A stretch of DNA of 64,000 nt, taken from an uncultured bacterium. GTDB lineage: Bacteria; Desulfobacterota_D; UBA1144; Nemesobacterales; UBA2774. Position numbers and translations under genes: made by a program. Below, in pieces: positions 31,082 to 43,944 of the stretch (position 1 is its first letter; every line of letters starts with the position of its first letter). The notes under the pieces were generated by a model. The model did no database searches. It saw nothing but the letters and a program-made list of their open reading frames with translations, and had not been told where the DNA came from. The stretch lies in NCBI GenBank assembly GCA_963825135.1, contig CAWGRW010000009.1, positions 2,016,001-2,080,000 on the forward strand, in the 5' to 3' direction.

Positions 31082-31329
31082 GCGTTTGGCAAAAAGTCAG
31101 GTATAATATTACGTTTATATTCACGAATTTAATATCTGACTTTTGAAGCCATTGCACCGATCTTGTTTCTATCTCGTTTATATGTCTTTTTTTCAGATAG
31201 AAAATCGATTCTCAGTAAAGGGAACGCTTAACTAAAATTAGACAGAAGCGGTCTGTCCGCCGACTGGCGGTCTTACGGTAAGTAATGTTTGAGTGGGTTT
31301 TATAAAACAAATACGGGGGGTAAGATAAC

Positions 31330-34300
31330 TTGAGTCTTGATGGCCTAGAAACGTATAAATTGAGAAAAAGTTTTTCAAAATTACCATCTGTTCTCGAAAT
31401 ACCTCACCTGCTGGAAGTTCAAATCGAATCCTACCTGGAGTTTCTACAAGCTGACGCCAAACCGGACGACCTGAAGGACATAGGTCTTCATAACGCATTT
31501 AAAACGGTATTTCCAATTGAGGATTATAACGGGAAGGCCTCTCTCGAATACATCGGCTATCGCTTTGACAGGCCGAAATACGAGGCTCAGGAATGCAGGC
31601 TGAAAGGGTATACGTTCGTTGCCCCTCTGTACGTTACGTTCCGCCTGGTCATCTGGGATACGGAGTCCGGTGAGGAGCGTACTATCAGGGACGTAAAGGA
31701 GCAGGAAGTTTATTTCGGAGAGATCCCCCTTATGACTCCCAACGGTTCGTTTATCGTGAACGGCACCGAGAGGGTAATTGTTAATCAGCTCCACCGTTCC
31801 CCCGGCGTATTTTTTGACCAGGTCAAGAATAAGGACAGCGGCGTGGGCAGGTCTTCGTTTTCGGCCAGAATAGTGCCTCACGACGGCAGGTGGATAGATT
31901 TCGAGTTTGACTCGAAGGATATTCTCCACGTCAGGATCGACAGGAAAAAGAAATTTCTTGTTACCGTATTATTAAAAGCCCTCGGATTTAATGAAAAAGA
32001 GATAATGCGCTACTTCTATCCCATTGAGACCATTTATCTGGAGTCCAAGGGGATGAGCAAGAAAGTAAACCACGATGTTATTCCCTACCAGAGGTCAAGC
32101 GCCGACATCATTGACCCGGGGACAAAAGAGGTAGTGGTAAAGAAAGGGAGAAGGTTTGTCAGGAATATTATTGAAAAGCTGAAGCGGGCGAATATAGAAC
32201 GGATACCGATTGATCCGTCCGAACTGACCGATAAATTCGCGGCTGAAGATATAGTGGATAAGAAGACCGGCGAGGTAATCGTCAATTTTAACGAGCTGAT
32301 TACCGAGCAGAAGATGGAGCAGATAAAAAAAGCGGACATCGGGGAATTTAACGTATTCTATATAGATAACATTTCTGTCGTAGCTTCACTCAGGAATACA
32401 ATCCTTGCGGATAAGATAAAAACCCGCGAGGAATCGATAACGGAGATTTACAAGAAGTTCCGACCGACAGACCCGCCCACGCTTAGCGTGGCCGAGTCTT
32501 TCTTTGACAATATGTTTTTCAACCCCGACACGTACAGGCTCTCACAGGTCGGGCGTCTAAAAATAAACTACAAGTTGAATCACGGCATCCCGGACGACGT
32601 ATCCACCCTCACCAAGGAAGACATCCTGGAGACGGTGAGATACCTTCTGGCGCTGAGAGGCGGCAGGGGGACGACCGACGACATAGACCACCTGGGAAAC
32701 AGGAGGGTGCGGACGGTTGGGGAGCTTATAGAAGACCGGTTTTATCACGGACTCGAAAGGCTCGCCCGCTCTGTTAAGGAGAAGATGGGATATCAGGCCG
32801 TCGAGAACCTGATGCCGAGCGAGCTGCTCATACCGAAGACGGTAATTGCCGTGGTAAAGGAGTTTTTCGCCACGGGTCAGCTCTCTCAGTTTATGGACCA
32901 GACCAACCCTCTTTCGGAAATCACGCACAAGCGGAGATTGAGCGCCCTCGGGCCCGGAGGTCTTACGAGGGAGAGGGCGGGGTTTGAAGTGAGGGATGTG
33001 CATTCTTCGCATTACGGTAGGATCTGCCCGATCGAGACCCCCGAGGGACCGAACATCGGACTCATTTCGAGTCTCAGCACATATGGAAAGATAAACGAAT
33101 TCGGATTTATTCAGACTCCCTACAGGGTGGTCAAGGGCGCAAGGGTTACCGACGAAATTGTTTATATGAACGCCCTTGCTGAGGAAAAGTACATAATCGC
33201 TCAGGCAAACGCGCCTCTGGACAAAAACGGCAACTTCACATCGGATTTTATTTCTGCGAGACACAGCGGCGAGTTTCTGATGGTGGAACGTGAAAAGGTT
33301 GAGCTTATGGACGTTTCCCCCTCGCAGCTCGTATCGGTATCGGCTTCGCTCATACCGTTTCTCGAGCACGACGACGCGAACAGGGCTCTCATGGGATCGA
33401 ACATGCAGCGTCAGGCGGTACCTCTCATTCGTACGAGCGCCCCTATCGTAGGCACGGGTTTTGAAAGCACTGTCGCCAAGGATTCGGGAGTTACGGTGCT
33501 CGCGAAGAGAGACGGTATCGTCGAATACGTTGATTCGGCGAGAGTGGTTGTTAGCTCGACAGGAGACAGCTCCGACACGGAAGCCGGCGTGGATATGTAT
33601 AGCCTCTTAAAATTTCAGAAGTCGAACCAGAGCACCTGCTGGAATCAGAAGCCGATCGTAACAAAAGGTCAGCGTATTGAGGCTGGCCAGGTCATAGCGG
33701 ACGGGCCTTCCACGGATTTCGGGGAGCTCGCTCTCGGACAGAACGTACTTGTGGCGTTCATGCCCTGGGGAGGATATAACTTTGAAGACGCCATTCTTAT
33801 GAGTGAAAGGCTTGCCAAGGAAGACAGCTTTACTTCTATACACATCGAAGAAGTCGAATGTATAGCCCGTGAAACAAAGCTCGGCAGGGAAGAGATTACG
33901 AGAGACATCCCCAACGTGAGCGAGGACGCTCTCAGGAATCTGGACGAGAGCGGAATAATCAGGATAGGCGCCGAGGTGAAGCCGGGGGATATAATCGTGG
34001 GGAAAATTTCCCCCAAGGGTGAAACCCAGCTCTCTCCCGAGGAGCGCTTGCTGAGGGCCATATTCGGAGATAAGGCCGGGGACGTCAAGGATACGTCCTT
34101 GAGGGCCTCGCCGGGTATTTACGGCACTGTTATAGATGTGAAGATGCTCATATCCAGGGTAGTCGATAAGGACGAGAGGGCTAAGAGCATTGAGGATTTT
34201 GAGGTAACCCGTCTCAAGCAGGACAGGGAAGATGAAATCAAGATATTGAAAGACGACGCTTTCGAGCGGATCAAATCGCTTGCTGCAGGGAAGACGTCCT

Positions 34301-35439
34301 CCGCGAAGCTTACGGTTTCAAGGAAGACCGTGCTCAAGAAAGGGGACAAAGTAACTGAAGATATACTCAGGACCATCCCGTTTGAGAAGTTTGCGGATTT
34401 AACCATAGAACGGGGGGACGAGATAGAGGCTGAAATCAAGCGGATAATCGAAAGAACGCTTGAGCAGATCGACCTGACTAATGTGGTTTACGACCAGAGG
34501 ATTTCAAAGCTGACGAAGCCTGACGAATTGCCGCCGGGCGTCTTGAAGGTAGTGAAGGTGAACATCGCCGTAAAGAGGAAGCTGCAGGTCGGGGATAAAA
34601 TGGCCGGAAGGCACGGCAACAAAGGTGTAATTTCGAAAATTCTAGCCGAGGAAGACATGCCCTATCTTCCGGACGGAACTCCGGTGGATATGATTCTTAA
34701 CCCTCTCGGTGTCCCTTCGAGGATGAACGTTGGTCAGGTGCTGGAGACACACCTCGGATGGGCGGCAAAGGAGTTCGGCAATCAGATTAACGAAATAATG
34801 GAAAGGGAGTTTAGCCCGCAGGCCCTGAGGTCGAAGCTGAAGGACGTATTCAAGTCTTCGGAGACCGGCAAGCTGATAGAGAAGCTCGATGATGAGGACG
34901 TAATACTGGTCGCTCAGAGGCTCCGGAACGGCGTCCCGGTCAAGTCTCCCGTATTCGACGGGGCGTCTGAGGAAGAGATCAAGACCATGCTGGCGGAGAC
35001 GGGTCTGCCAGAAAACGGGAAGACCATTCTCTTTGACGGCCAGACCGGGGAACCGTTTGACCAGAAGGTGACGGTCGGAGTTATGTATATGCTGAAGCTC
35101 CATCACCTTGTGGAGGAAAAAATCCACGCGAGGGCAATCGGTCCGTACTCGCTTGTGACTCAGCAGCCTCTGGGCGGTAAGGCTCATTTCGGCGGACAGC
35201 GTCTCGGGGAAATGGAGGTCTGGGCCCTCGAAGCATACGGGGCTTCCTATACTCTTCAGGAATTTCTTACCGTAAAATCGGACGATGTTATCGGCAGGAC
35301 ACGGATTTTCGATTCGATCGTTAAAGGCGACATGAATTTTGAACCCGGACTGCCTGAATCGTTTAAGGTCCTTCAAAAGGAGCTCCAGGCGCTTGCTCTG
35401 GATGTAGACCTTCTCGAGGAAGAATCAGGAAGGAATTGA
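31330..35439 (+). CDS. rpoB: RNA polymerase beta subunit
   Basis: [42 protein letters not shown]. Confidence 0.99.
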   Translation: MSLDGLETYKLRKSFSKLPSVLEIPHLLEVQIESYLEFLQADAKPDDLKDIGLHNAFKTVFPIEDYNGKASLEYIGYRFDRPKYEAQECRLKGYTFVAPLYVTFRLVIWDTESGEERTIRDVKEQEVYFGEIPLMTPNGSFIVNGTERVIVNQLHRSPGVFFDQVKNKDSGVGRSSFSARIVPHDGRWIDFEFDSKDILHVRIDRKKKFLVTVLLKALGFNEKEIMRYFYPIETIYLESKGMSKKVNHDVIPYQRSSADIIDPGTKEVVVKKGRRFVRNIIEKLKRANIERIPIDPSELTDKFAAEDIVDKKTGEVIVNFNELITEQKMEQIKKADIGEFNVFYIDNISVVASLRNTILADKIKTREESITEIYKKFRPTDPPTLSVAESFFDNMFFNPDTYRLSQVGRLKINYKLNHGIPDDVSTLTKEDILETVRYLLALRGGRGTTDDIDHLGNRRVRTVGELIEDRFYHGLERLARSVKEKMGYQAVENLMPSELLIPKTVIAVVKEFFATGQLSQFMDQTNPLSEITHKRRLSALGPGGLTRERAGFEVRDVHSSHYGRICPIETPEGPNIGLISSLSTYGKINEFGFIQTPYRVVKGARVTDEIVYMNALAEEKYIIAQANAPLDKNGNFTSDFISARHSGEFLMVEREKVELMDVSPSQLVSVSASLIPFLEHDDANRALMGSNMQRQAVPLIRTSAPIVGTGFESTVAKDSGVTVLAKRDGIVEYVDSARVVVSSTGDSSDTEAGVDMYSLLKFQKSNQSTCWNQKPIVTKGQRIEAGQVIADGPSTDFGELALGQNVLVAFMPWGGYNFEDAILMSERLAKEDSFTSIHIEEVECIARETKLGREEITRDIPNVSEDALRNLDESGIIRIGAEVKPGDIIVGKISPKGETQLSPEERLLRAIFGDKAGDVKDTSLRASPGIYGTVIDVKMLISRVVDKDERAKSIEDFEVTRLKQDREDEIKILKDDAFERIKSLAAGKTSSAKLTVSRKTVLKKGDKVTEDILRTIPFEKFADLTIERGDEIEAEIKRIIERTLEQIDLTNVVYDQRISKLTKPDELPPGVLKVVKVNIAVKRKLQVGDKMAGRHGNKGVISKILAEEDMPYLPDGTPVDMILNPLGVPSRMNVGQVLETHLGWAAKEFGNQINEIMEREFSPQALRSKLKDVFKSSETGKLIEKLDDEDVILVAQRLRNGVPVKSPVFDGASEEEIKTMLAETGLPENGKTILFDGQTGEPFDQKVTVGVMYMLKLHHLVEEKIHARAIGPYSLVTQQPLGGKAHFGGQRLGEMEVWALEAYGASYTLQEFLTVKSDDVIGRTRIFDSIVKGDMNFEPGLPESFKVLQKELQALALDVDLLEEESGRN

Positions 35440-35464
35440 ATAAAAGATTAGGGAGGGAGTAAAC

Positions 35465-38400
35465 GTGGACGTAGATACCCTATTTGAAAAGCCTAAGAAT
35501 CCTTCGGAGTACTCGGCGGTAAAAATTTCGATTGCTTCTCCCGAAAAGATCAAAGAATGGTCGCACGGGGAAGTCAGAAAACCCGAGACTATAAATTATA
35601 GAACGTTCAAACCCGAAAGAAGCGGTCTTTTTTGCGCAAAGATATTCGGTCCGGTAAAGGATTACGAATGTACTTGCGGAAAATACAAGAGGTTGAAGCA
35701 CAGGGGCATAACCTGTGAGAAGTGCGGTGTGGAGGTTATATCTTCCAAGGTCAGAAGGGAGAGAATGGCACACATCGAGCTTTCGTCCCCCGTTGCGCAC
35801 ATATGGTTTCTGAGGAGCATCCCGTCACGGATCGGCATGCTTCTCGACATGACGCTCAAAGACCTTGAGAAAGCGCTTTACTACGAATCATACGTGGTGC
35901 TCGATCCGGGAGGCACGACCCTTAAATTCGGGGAAGTCTTGAGCGAAGATAAATACAGAAAAACGGTGGAGGAGTACGGCCACAGCTTTAAGGTAGGCAT
36001 GGGGGCAGAGACCATAAGGGAGATGCTGAAGAAGATCGACCTCGTTGAGCTCTCGGACCAGCTGAGACACGAAATGAAAAACACATCCTCTCCCATCAAG
36101 AGGGCGAGGATCGCAAAGAGGTTAAGAATTTGCGAGGCGTTCAGAAAATCGAAGAACCGTCCGGAGTGGATGATCCTGACCAGGATCCCCGTACTGCCGC
36201 CCGATCTCAGGCCGCTTGTGCCGCTTGACGGCGGAAGGTTCGCTACGTCCGACCTGAACGACCTTTACAGGCGCGTAATAAACAGAAATAACCGGCTCAA
36301 AAAATTGCTTGAGCTCGGCGCTCCTGACATCATCGTCAGGAACGAAAAGAGGATGCTCCAGGAGTCGGTAGACGCACTGCTTGAAAACGGCCGCAGGGGA
36401 AGGCCGGTCCTCGGTCACAACCACAGGCCTCTTAAGAGCCTGAGCGATATTATAAAGGGTAAACAGGGAAGGTTCAGGCAGAACCTGCTCGGAAAGAGGG
36501 TGGACTATTCCGGACGTTCGGTAATCACCGTCGGTCCCGAATTAAAACTCCACCAGTGCGGCCTGCCCAAGCAGATGGGTCTCGAGCTTTTCAGGCCGTT
36601 CATATACCAGAAGCTTGAAAAGTGGGGAGCAGCCGCGACTATTAAAATTGCAAAGAAACTCGTGGAACAGGAGGCTCCGATAGTTTGGGACGCCCTCGAC
36701 GAGGTGATCAAGGAGCACCCGGTTCTACTGAACCGCGCCCCGACGCTTCACCGCCTCAGCATCCAGGCGTTCGAGCCGATACTTATCGAGGATAAAGCCA
36801 TTCAGATACATCCGCTCGTGTGTCCCGCTTACAACGCGGACTTCGACGGCGACCAGATGGCTGTACACGTACCGCTCTCCATAGAGGCGCAGACGGAGTG
36901 CAGGGCGCTCGTTATGTCGACGAACAACATCTTGTCCCCCGCGCACGGCAAGCCGATCATTCTTCCTACTCAGGACATAGTCCTCGGAATCTACTACATG
37001 ACGAGAGACATGACATCCGATAAAGGGGACGGCAAGATTTTCTCGAGCATCGATGAAGTGCAGATGGCATACGATTCGGTAGAAATCGGGATACACGCGA
37101 AAATAAAGGTCCGCGTAGGCGGGAAGATTTACGAGACGACGGCGGGGCGCGTACTCCTCTACGACATCATGCCGAAGGACATACCGTTCGAGCTGGTAAA
37201 CAGGGTCATGACGAAGAGGGCCATAGAAGAGCTCGTCGACACCTGTTTCAGAATGGCGGGCGGCAAAAACACCGTGATACTCGCCGACAGGATGAGGACA
37301 CTCGGGTTCAAGTATTCGACCAAAGCGGGTATTTCCATATCGATCGACGATATGAGCATTCCGCTCAAGAAGAAAGAACTCCTCCAGAAGGCTCAGGACG
37401 AGGTCGTAAAAGTCCAGAACCAGTATTCTCAGGGTCTTATCACTGATGGCGAGAGGTACAACAAGGTTATAGACATCTGGGCGCGTACGAGCGACGAAGT
37501 AGCCCAGGAAATGATGAGAGATATTTCTTACGAAGAATATACGGACAAGGACGGCAAAGTACAAAGAGGGGCCAGCTCGAATCCGATATACATGATGATA
37601 GATTCGGGCGCGAGGGGCAGCCAGACCCAGGTACGCCAGCTGGCGGGAATGAGGGGACTTATGGCCAAGCCGTCGGGGGAAATCATAGAGACCCCGATTA
37701 CCTCTAACTTCCGAGAGGGTCTTACCGTGCTTCAGTACTTCATTTCAACGCACGGCGCGAGGAAAGGACTCGCCGACACCGCGCTTAAAACCGCGAACGC
37801 CGGTTATCTGACGAGACGGCTCATAGACGTAGCCCAGGACGTGATGATAAAAGAATTCGACTGCGGCACCGTCGAGGGGATCACGGTCAGCGACCTCGTA
37901 GAGGGCGGCGAGATAATCGAGAGGGTAGGCGAAAGGGTCCTCGGAAGGGCGACGGTCGAAGACATAATAGACCCTGTAAGCGGCGACCTGATAGTAGCGG
38001 CTAATCAAGAAATCGACGAACAGGCTGCGGCAAGAATAGACGAGGCCGGCAGCATCACAGAGGTAAAGATAAGGTCGGTGCTGAGCTGCGAGACGCGCAT
38101 CGGAGTATGCGTATTGTGTTACGGCAGGAACCTCGCGACGGGCAAGCTCGTCAACATAGGCGAGGCGGTCGGAATTATCGCCGCCCAGTCGATCGGCGAG
38201 CCCGGGACGCAGCTCACGATGAGAACGTTCCACATTGGTGGCGCAGCGAGCCAGAGGGCAGCCGAAAGCACCCTAGAGGCCACTCACGAAGGTACTGTTA
38301 AGTTCAATACCGTGAGGACCGTAAAGAGCAAAGACGGAAGCCACGTTGTCATTAACCGTACCGGCACGCTGATTATAGTAGACAATAAGGGCTACGAAAG

Positions 38401-39550
38401 GGAGCGTTACCCGCTCGCGCTCGGGGCCAGGCTAAGGATCGAAGAAGGTCAGAAGGTTAAGGAAGGACAGCTCCTCGCGGAGTGGGACCCGTACACCACC
38501 CCGTTCATTTCGGAATTCGAGGGTAAGGTCAGCTTCGTGGACCTCGAGCAGGGTATAACGCTTAAAGAACAGGTCGACGAGGTAACGGGTATTTATAAAA
38601 AGGTAGTTATGGAATCAAAGAACCTCGACGTCCATCCCGCTCTCGTTATCACCACGGATGACGGAAGGAGCATTCAGTACTCGCTTCCGATCGGGGCGAT
38701 CATCGAAGTCAACGAAGGCGATGAAGTTACCGCTGGCGGTATAGTTGCAAAAATCGCAAGGGCGACCGCGAAAACAAAAGACATCACGGGAGGACTCCCG
38801 AGGGTAGCTGAGCTCTTCGAAGCGAGAATGCCGAAAGACCCGGCGGTCGTTACCGAGATCGACGGTATCGTCACCTATGGTAAGGACCTCAAGGGTAAGA
38901 GAAGAGTGGTCGTAACGCCCGAGATAGGCGAGCCCAAGGAATACCTCGTGCCGAGAGGAAAGCACGTGCTCGTCAGGGAAGGCGAGCAGGTGACTTCGGG
39001 AGACCAGCTGGTAGACGGCTCCGTAAACCCGCACGACATACTGAGGATACGCGGAGAAAGGGCGCTTACCAGATACCTGGTCGACGAAATCCAGGAGGTC
39101 TACAGGCTCCAGGGAGTCAAGATAAACGATAAGCACATCGAAGCAATCGTGAGGCAGATGCTCAAGCGGGTAAGGATTAAAGACCCGGGCGACACCATCC
39201 TGCTCGTCGGAGAGGCCATCGAGAAGCACATCTTCTTCGAGGAGAACGAGAGGGTCGTTGCGCAGGGCGGAAGGCCCGCGTCTGCGGAACCGCTGCTCCT
39301 TGGAATAACCAGGGCTTCACTGAGCACGGACAGCTGGCTCTCCGCGGCTTCATTCCAGGAGACGACGAGGGTGCTCACCGAGGCTGCCTGCGAAGGCAAA
39401 GAGGATCACCTGAGGGGCTTAAAGGAGAACGTCATCATGGGAAGGCTGATACCGGCAGGTACAGGTCTGCCCATTTACAGGAACATAGACGTCGAAGTGC
39501 CCGTTCTCGAAGTGCCCGTACCCACGGCCGCTTCAGCGGACGAAGAATAA
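35465..39550 (+). CDS. rpoC: RNA polymerase beta' subunit
   Basis: [12 protein letters not shown], Zn-finger cysteines, SAASFQETT. Confidence 0.99.
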   Translation: MDVDTLFEKPKNPSEYSAVKISIASPEKIKEWSHGEVRKPETINYRTFKPERSGLFCAKIFGPVKDYECTCGKYKRLKHRGITCEKCGVEVISSKVRRERMAHIELSSPVAHIWFLRSIPSRIGMLLDMTLKDLEKALYYESYVVLDPGGTTLKFGEVLSEDKYRKTVEEYGHSFKVGMGAETIREMLKKIDLVELSDQLRHEMKNTSSPIKRARIAKRLRICEAFRKSKNRPEWMILTRIPVLPPDLRPLVPLDGGRFATSDLNDLYRRVINRNNRLKKLLELGAPDIIVRNEKRMLQESVDALLENGRRGRPVLGHNHRPLKSLSDIIKGKQGRFRQNLLGKRVDYSGRSVITVGPELKLHQCGLPKQMGLELFRPFIYQKLEKWGAAATIKIAKKLVEQEAPIVWDALDEVIKEHPVLLNRAPTLHRLSIQAFEPILIEDKAIQIHPLVCPAYNADFDGDQMAVHVPLSIEAQTECRALVMSTNNILSPAHGKPIILPTQDIVLGIYYMTRDMTSDKGDGKIFSSIDEVQMAYDSVEIGIHAKIKVRVGGKIYETTAGRVLLYDIMPKDIPFELVNRVMTKRAIEELVDTCFRMAGGKNTVILADRMRTLGFKYSTKAGISISIDDMSIPLKKKELLQKAQDEVVKVQNQYSQGLITDGERYNKVIDIWARTSDEVAQEMMRDISYEEYTDKDGKVQRGASSNPIYMMIDSGARGSQTQVRQLAGMRGLMAKPSGEIIETPITSNFREGLTVLQYFISTHGARKGLADTALKTANAGYLTRRLIDVAQDVMIKEFDCGTVEGITVSDLVEGGEIIERVGERVLGRATVEDIIDPVSGDLIVAANQEIDEQAAARIDEAGSITEVKIRSVLSCETRIGVCVLCYGRNLATGKLVNIGEAVGIIAAQSIGEPGTQLTMRTFHIGGAASQRAAESTLEATHEGTVKFNTVRTVKSKDGSHVVINRTGTLIIVDNKGYERERYPLALGARLRIEEGQKVKEGQLLAEWDPYTTPFISEFEGKVSFVDLEQGITLKEQVDEVTGIYKKVVMESKNLDVHPALVITTDDGRSIQYSLPIGAIIEVNEGDEVTAGGIVAKIARATAKTKDITGGLPRVAELFEARMPKDPAVVTEIDGIVTYGKDLKGKRRVVVTPEIGEPKEYLVPRGKHVLVREGEQVTSGDQLVDGSVNPHDILRIRGERALTRYLVDEIQEVYRLQGVKINDKHIEAIVRQMLKRVRIKDPGDTILLVGEAIEKHIFFEENERVVAQGGRPASAEPLLLGITRASLSTDSWLSAASFQETTRVLTEAACEGKEDHLRGLKENVIMGRLIPAGTGLPIYRNIDVEVPVLEVPVPTAASADEE

Positions 39551-39565
39551 ACATAGCGAATAAAC

Positions 39566-39599
39566 CGGGTTCGGTGGCGGTAGAGTGCCCCCGAACCCG
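39566..39599 (+). terminator. Stem-loop after rpoC
   Basis: CGGGTTCGG...CCGAACCCG perfect 9-bp stem; weak U-tract. Confidence 0.45.
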
Positions 39600-39630
39600 T
39601 AATCTCGATTCTTTCAATCATTAGTTCAGC

Positions 39631-42340
39631 ATGCCCGACGATAATAAAACCCAGATGGATAAGGTCTACGATCCAAAAAAGGTTGAAGAGAAGTGGTACG
39701 CCGAGTGGATTGAAAAGGGCTATTATAAATCATCGCCGTCCGGCAATAAACCGTACTATTCAATTGTAATCCCCCCTCCGAACGTTACAGGGTCGCTACA
39801 CATCGGGCACGCGCTCAACAACACGCTCCAGGATATTCTCATCCGGTGGAAGAGGATGAAGGGGTTCGATGCCCTCTGGGTCCCGGGCACAGACCATGCC
39901 GGTATAGCGACGCAGATGATGGTTGAGCGCGAGCTGGAGAAGGAAGGCACGTCGAGGGTCCGGATGGGCAGGGACGCATTCGTAGAGCGCGTCTGGAAGT
40001 GGAAGCAGGAATCGGGCGATACCATTACGCGCCAGCTGAGGCGCCTGGGGGCGCTCCCCGATTGGGATATGGAGCGGTTCACGATGGACGAGGGGTTGTC
40101 CCACGCGGTAAGGAAGGTCTTCGTCGATCTCTATAATCAGAAACTCATCTATAAGGACAAGAGGCTCGTCAACTGGGACCCGAAGCTCTGCACGGCGATT
40201 TCCGATCTCGAAGTGGACCAGCGAGAGGTCTCGGGGCATTTCTGGCATTTCAAGTACCCGGTCGAGGGGAGCGGGGATGTATTCATAACCGTCGCCACCA
40301 CGAGACCCGAAACCATGCTCGGCGATACCGCCGTCGCGGTGCACCCCGAAGACCCGCGATACAAGCACCTCGTCGGAAAGAACGCGGTTCTTCCCCTCGC
40401 AAAACGCCTGATACCGATAATCGCCGATGAATACAGCGACCCCGAAAAGGGAACGGGCGCTGTCAAGATCACACCCGCGCACGACTTTAACGACTTCGAG
40501 GTCGGGCGGAGGCACAACCTCCCGATGATAAACATATTCGACGGGACCGCTCACCTGAACGACAACGTTCCGGATAAATACAGGGGGCTCGACAGGTTCG
40601 AGGCGAGAAAGCTCGTAATAGAGGACATGGAGGCGCTCGGGCTTCTCGACAGGATTGAAGGCACGCGGCACACCGTCCCCTACGGAGACAGGTCGGGCGT
40701 CGTGGTCGAGCCCTGGCTCACCGACCAGTGGTACGTGGACGCGGCGGCACTCGCGGCGCCTGCGATCAAAGCCGTCGAGGACGGGAGGATCAGATTCGTA
40801 CCGAAATACTGGGAGAGCACCTACTTCGAATGGCTCAGGAAGATAGAGCCCTGGTGCATATCCCGCCAGCTCTGGTGGGGACATCAGATTCCGGCCTGGT
40901 ACGGGCCCGACGGGGAGATATTCGTCGCCCTCTCGGAGGAAGATGCACAAAAGGCTGCTGATAAACATTACGGAAAGGGAACCGAGCTTAGACGGGACCC
41001 CGACGTTCTCGATACGTGGTTCTCATCCGGACTATGGCCGTTTTCGACCCTCGGCTGGCCCGAGCGGACGCCGGAGCTGGAGAAGTACTACCCGACGAGC
41101 GTGCTGGTGACCGGGTTCGACATCATCTTCTTCTGGGTCGCGCGCATGATTATGCAGGGGCTCCATTTTATGGAAGAAGTTCCGTTCAGGGACGTTTACA
41201 TACACGGGCTGATCCGGGACGAGAAGGGGCATAAGATGAGCAAGACGAGAGGGAACGTTATAGACCCTCTCGACGTCATAGAGGAGAACGGCGCGGACGC
41301 GCTCAGGTTCAGCCTGACCGCGCTTGCCACGCAGGGCAGGGACATAAAGCTCTCCATGCCCGTCATTCAGGGCTACAGGAATTTCATAAACAAGATCTGG
41401 AACGCCTCTCGGTTCCTATTTATGAACCTGGCGGATTATGACGCAAGGGCTGAAACAACGAAGGATGAGCTTTCTACATACGATAAGTGGATTCTCACAA
41501 AGCTCAACGAGACCGTAAAAGAGGTAGGCGACTCGTTCGAGGCCTACGAGTTCGACAAGGCGGCGGGCGCAATATACAGGTTCTTCTGGTCGGAGTACTG
41601 CGACTGGTACATCGAGTCAGTAAAGCCGGTACTTTACGGAGGCGACACAAAGAGCAAACAGAGGACGAAGAGCGTCCTCGTGCGTGTGCTCAAGACCGCG
41701 CTCCAGTTACTTCACCCGATGGCGCCTTTCATAACCGAGGAGCTCTATCAGAGGCTCCGCGGGTTCGGCGTGGAGCTAAGCTCGGTGGACGGCGGTACGG
41801 CTGAGAGCATAGTAATAAGCTCGTTCCCCGAACCTGACGAGACTGAGATTTTCCGGGACGAGCACGACGAAGTGGAGCTTATGAAGGAGATCGTCGTCGG
41901 TGTAAGGAACCTCCGGGCCGTAATCGGGCTCCACCCGTCCGAAAAAGTGAGCGTCGTTCTCTTCCCTGAAACTAAAAAAGCCCGGAAGCAGATAGAGGAT
42001 AACAAGGGGTTTATACTCAGTCTGGCGTCCCTTTCCGGGTTTGAGATCGCGAAGAAAGATAAGCCTGAAAAAGGCGATTGCCCATGTAATCCCGGGGGTC
42101 GAGATATTTCTCCCTGTCGAAGGACTCATCGACGTCGGGAAAGAGACCGAGAGGATAAAAAAAGAGATCGGCAAGATATCAAAAGAATTAGAACGCACCG
42201 AAAAGAAACTATCCAACCCCGAATTCCTCGAACGCGCCCCCGAAGAGGTCGTCAAAAAAGAGCGCGAAATATTCGAGGAGCTTTCCTTCCAGATAAAGAA
42301 GATGGAAGACGTGCTCAGTAAGCTGAGAGAGATCGGCTGA
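39631..42340 (+). CDS. valS: Valine--tRNA ligase with apparent +1 frameshift at 42068-42072
   Basis: PPPNVTGSLHIGHA, KMSKT; the C-terminal coiled coil (KAIAHV...KKLSNPEFLERAPEEVV) continues in frame 42041..42340. Confidence 0.95.
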
Positions 42341-42525
42341 TATTTTCCGTCCCGAAATCCTGTTTGAAACGAAGACCACTGCGGTATTCAGTTCTGGAAC
42401 TCTATAGAAGCAGTTGAGGCCCAATTTCCAATTCCGACTCTCGTGTGGATAGACATCCATGAATTCAAGCCAAACCTGAAGTGTAGGCCGATATTCGGTA
42501 TGACGTTAGTGTCGGGAGGCCCGGA

Positions 42526-43944
42526 TCATCCCCCGAAAAGTCCAAGCTGTTTCTGCTTGGTCTTCTTGAGGTCTGTGAGCTCGACCGGGTATTTGCCCGA
42601 GAAGCAGGCGTTGCAGAAGGTTTCCGAGCCGTCTAGCTTCTTAGTCTCATTGACCGCTTTTATCACGCCTTCCATGGTAAGGTATCCGAGGGAATCCGAG
42701 GTTATGTACTTCCTTATCTCCTCTATTTCCAGGGAATTGGCGATGAGCTCTTCTTTAAGCGGCGTGTCTATGCCGTAATAGCATGAGAACTTGGTCGGCG
42801 GTGAGCTGATCCTCATGTGGACTTCCTTAGCACCCGCCGCGCGTATCATCTTCACTATCTTTCTCGACGTCGTCCCTCTGACTATCGAGTCGTCCACTAT
42901 CACGACCCTCTTTCCGTTCAGCACTTCCCTGATTGCGTTTAATTTCAGCCTCACGCCGAAGTTCCTGATCGACTGCTGGGGCTCTATGAACGTCCTTCCG
43001 ACGTAATGGCTACGTAATAGTCCCAATTCGAGAGGGAGCCCGGATTGCTCGGAGTATCCCATTGCCGCGGGCACTCCGGAGTCGGGCACGGCGACGATAA
43101 TGTCGGCGTCGGCGGGCTGCTCGATCGCGAGCTGCTTCCCGAGCGCTCTCCTGACCTGATAGACGTTCCGCCCGGTGAGGAAGCTGTCGGGCCTGGCGAA
43201 ATAGATGTATTCGAAAACACAGTACGCGTGTTTGGATTCCCCGAATGGCTTATACGATTCGACGCCCTTGTCGTCGACCACGACTATTTCCCCGGGCTCT
43301 ATCTCTCTTACGAATTCGGCCTCTATGAGGTCGAAAGCGCACGTCTCGGACGCGAAGACTACGGAGTCCCCGAGCTTGCCCATGACGAGCGGTCTGAACC
43401 CGTAGGGGTCCCTCGCGGCGACCATCGCTTCCGGCGTGAGGAAGAGGAGCGAGTATGCCCCCTTACACCTGATGAGGGCCTCTATTATCCTTTGCAGGAG
43501 CGTCTCCTCTTTGGATTTTGCGATGAGGTGCACTATGACTTCCGTGTCGGTAGTGGACTGGAATATCGCGCCTTCCTCTTCGAGCTCTTCTCGGAGCGTC
43601 CTTGCGTTGGTGAGGTTCCCGTTATGGGCTATGGCCAGCGCCCCGCGGAAATAATTGATGACTATTGGCTGCATGTTTTTCGCCTGACTCGATCCGGTGG
43701 TCGAATAGCGGACGTGCCCTATGGCGTTCTGGCCTGTGAGGTGAGACAGGATTTCTTCGGTGAAAATGTCTGAGACGAGGCCCATGGCGCGGTGGTTGTG
43801 GAGGTTGACGCCGTCGGATGTGACTATGCCCGCGCTTTCCTGCCCCCTGTGCTGAAGCGCGTGTAGCCCCAGGTACGTGAGGTTCGAAGCCTCGACGTTA
43901 CGGTAAATGCCAAATACGCCGCACTCTTCTTTAAGCTTTGGCAT
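42526..43944 (-). CDS. purF: Amidophosphoribosyltransferase
   Basis: Propeptide then [27 protein letters not shown] 43944. Confidence 0.97.
   Translation of the reverse strand: MPKLKEECGVFGIYRNVEASNLTYLGLHALQHRGQESAGIVTSDGVNLHNHRAMGLVSDIFTEEILSHLTGQNAIGHVRYSTTGSSQAKNMQPIVINYFRGALAIAHNGNLTNARTLREELEEEGAIFQSTTDTEVIVHLIAKSKEETLLQRIIEALIRCKGAYSLLFLTPEAMVAARDPYGFRPLVMGKLGDSVVFASETCAFDLIEAEFVREIEPGEIVVVDDKGVESYKPFGESKHAYCVFEYIYFARPDSFLTGRNVYQVRRALGKQLAIEQPADADIIVAVPDSGVPAAMGYSEQSGLPLELGLLRSHYVGRTFIEPQQSIRNFGVRLKLNAIREVLNGKRVVIVDDSIVRGTTSRKIVKMIRAAGAKEVHMRISSPPTKFSCYYGIDTPLKEELIANSLEIEEIRKYITSDSLGYLTMEGVIKAVNETKKLDGSETFCNACFSGKYPVELTDLKKTKQKQLGLFGG

Noticed and set aside
42341..42525. REP/MITE or gene remnant between valS and purF
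   Set aside because: Only short imperfect complementarity, no second copy seen, no recognisable translation
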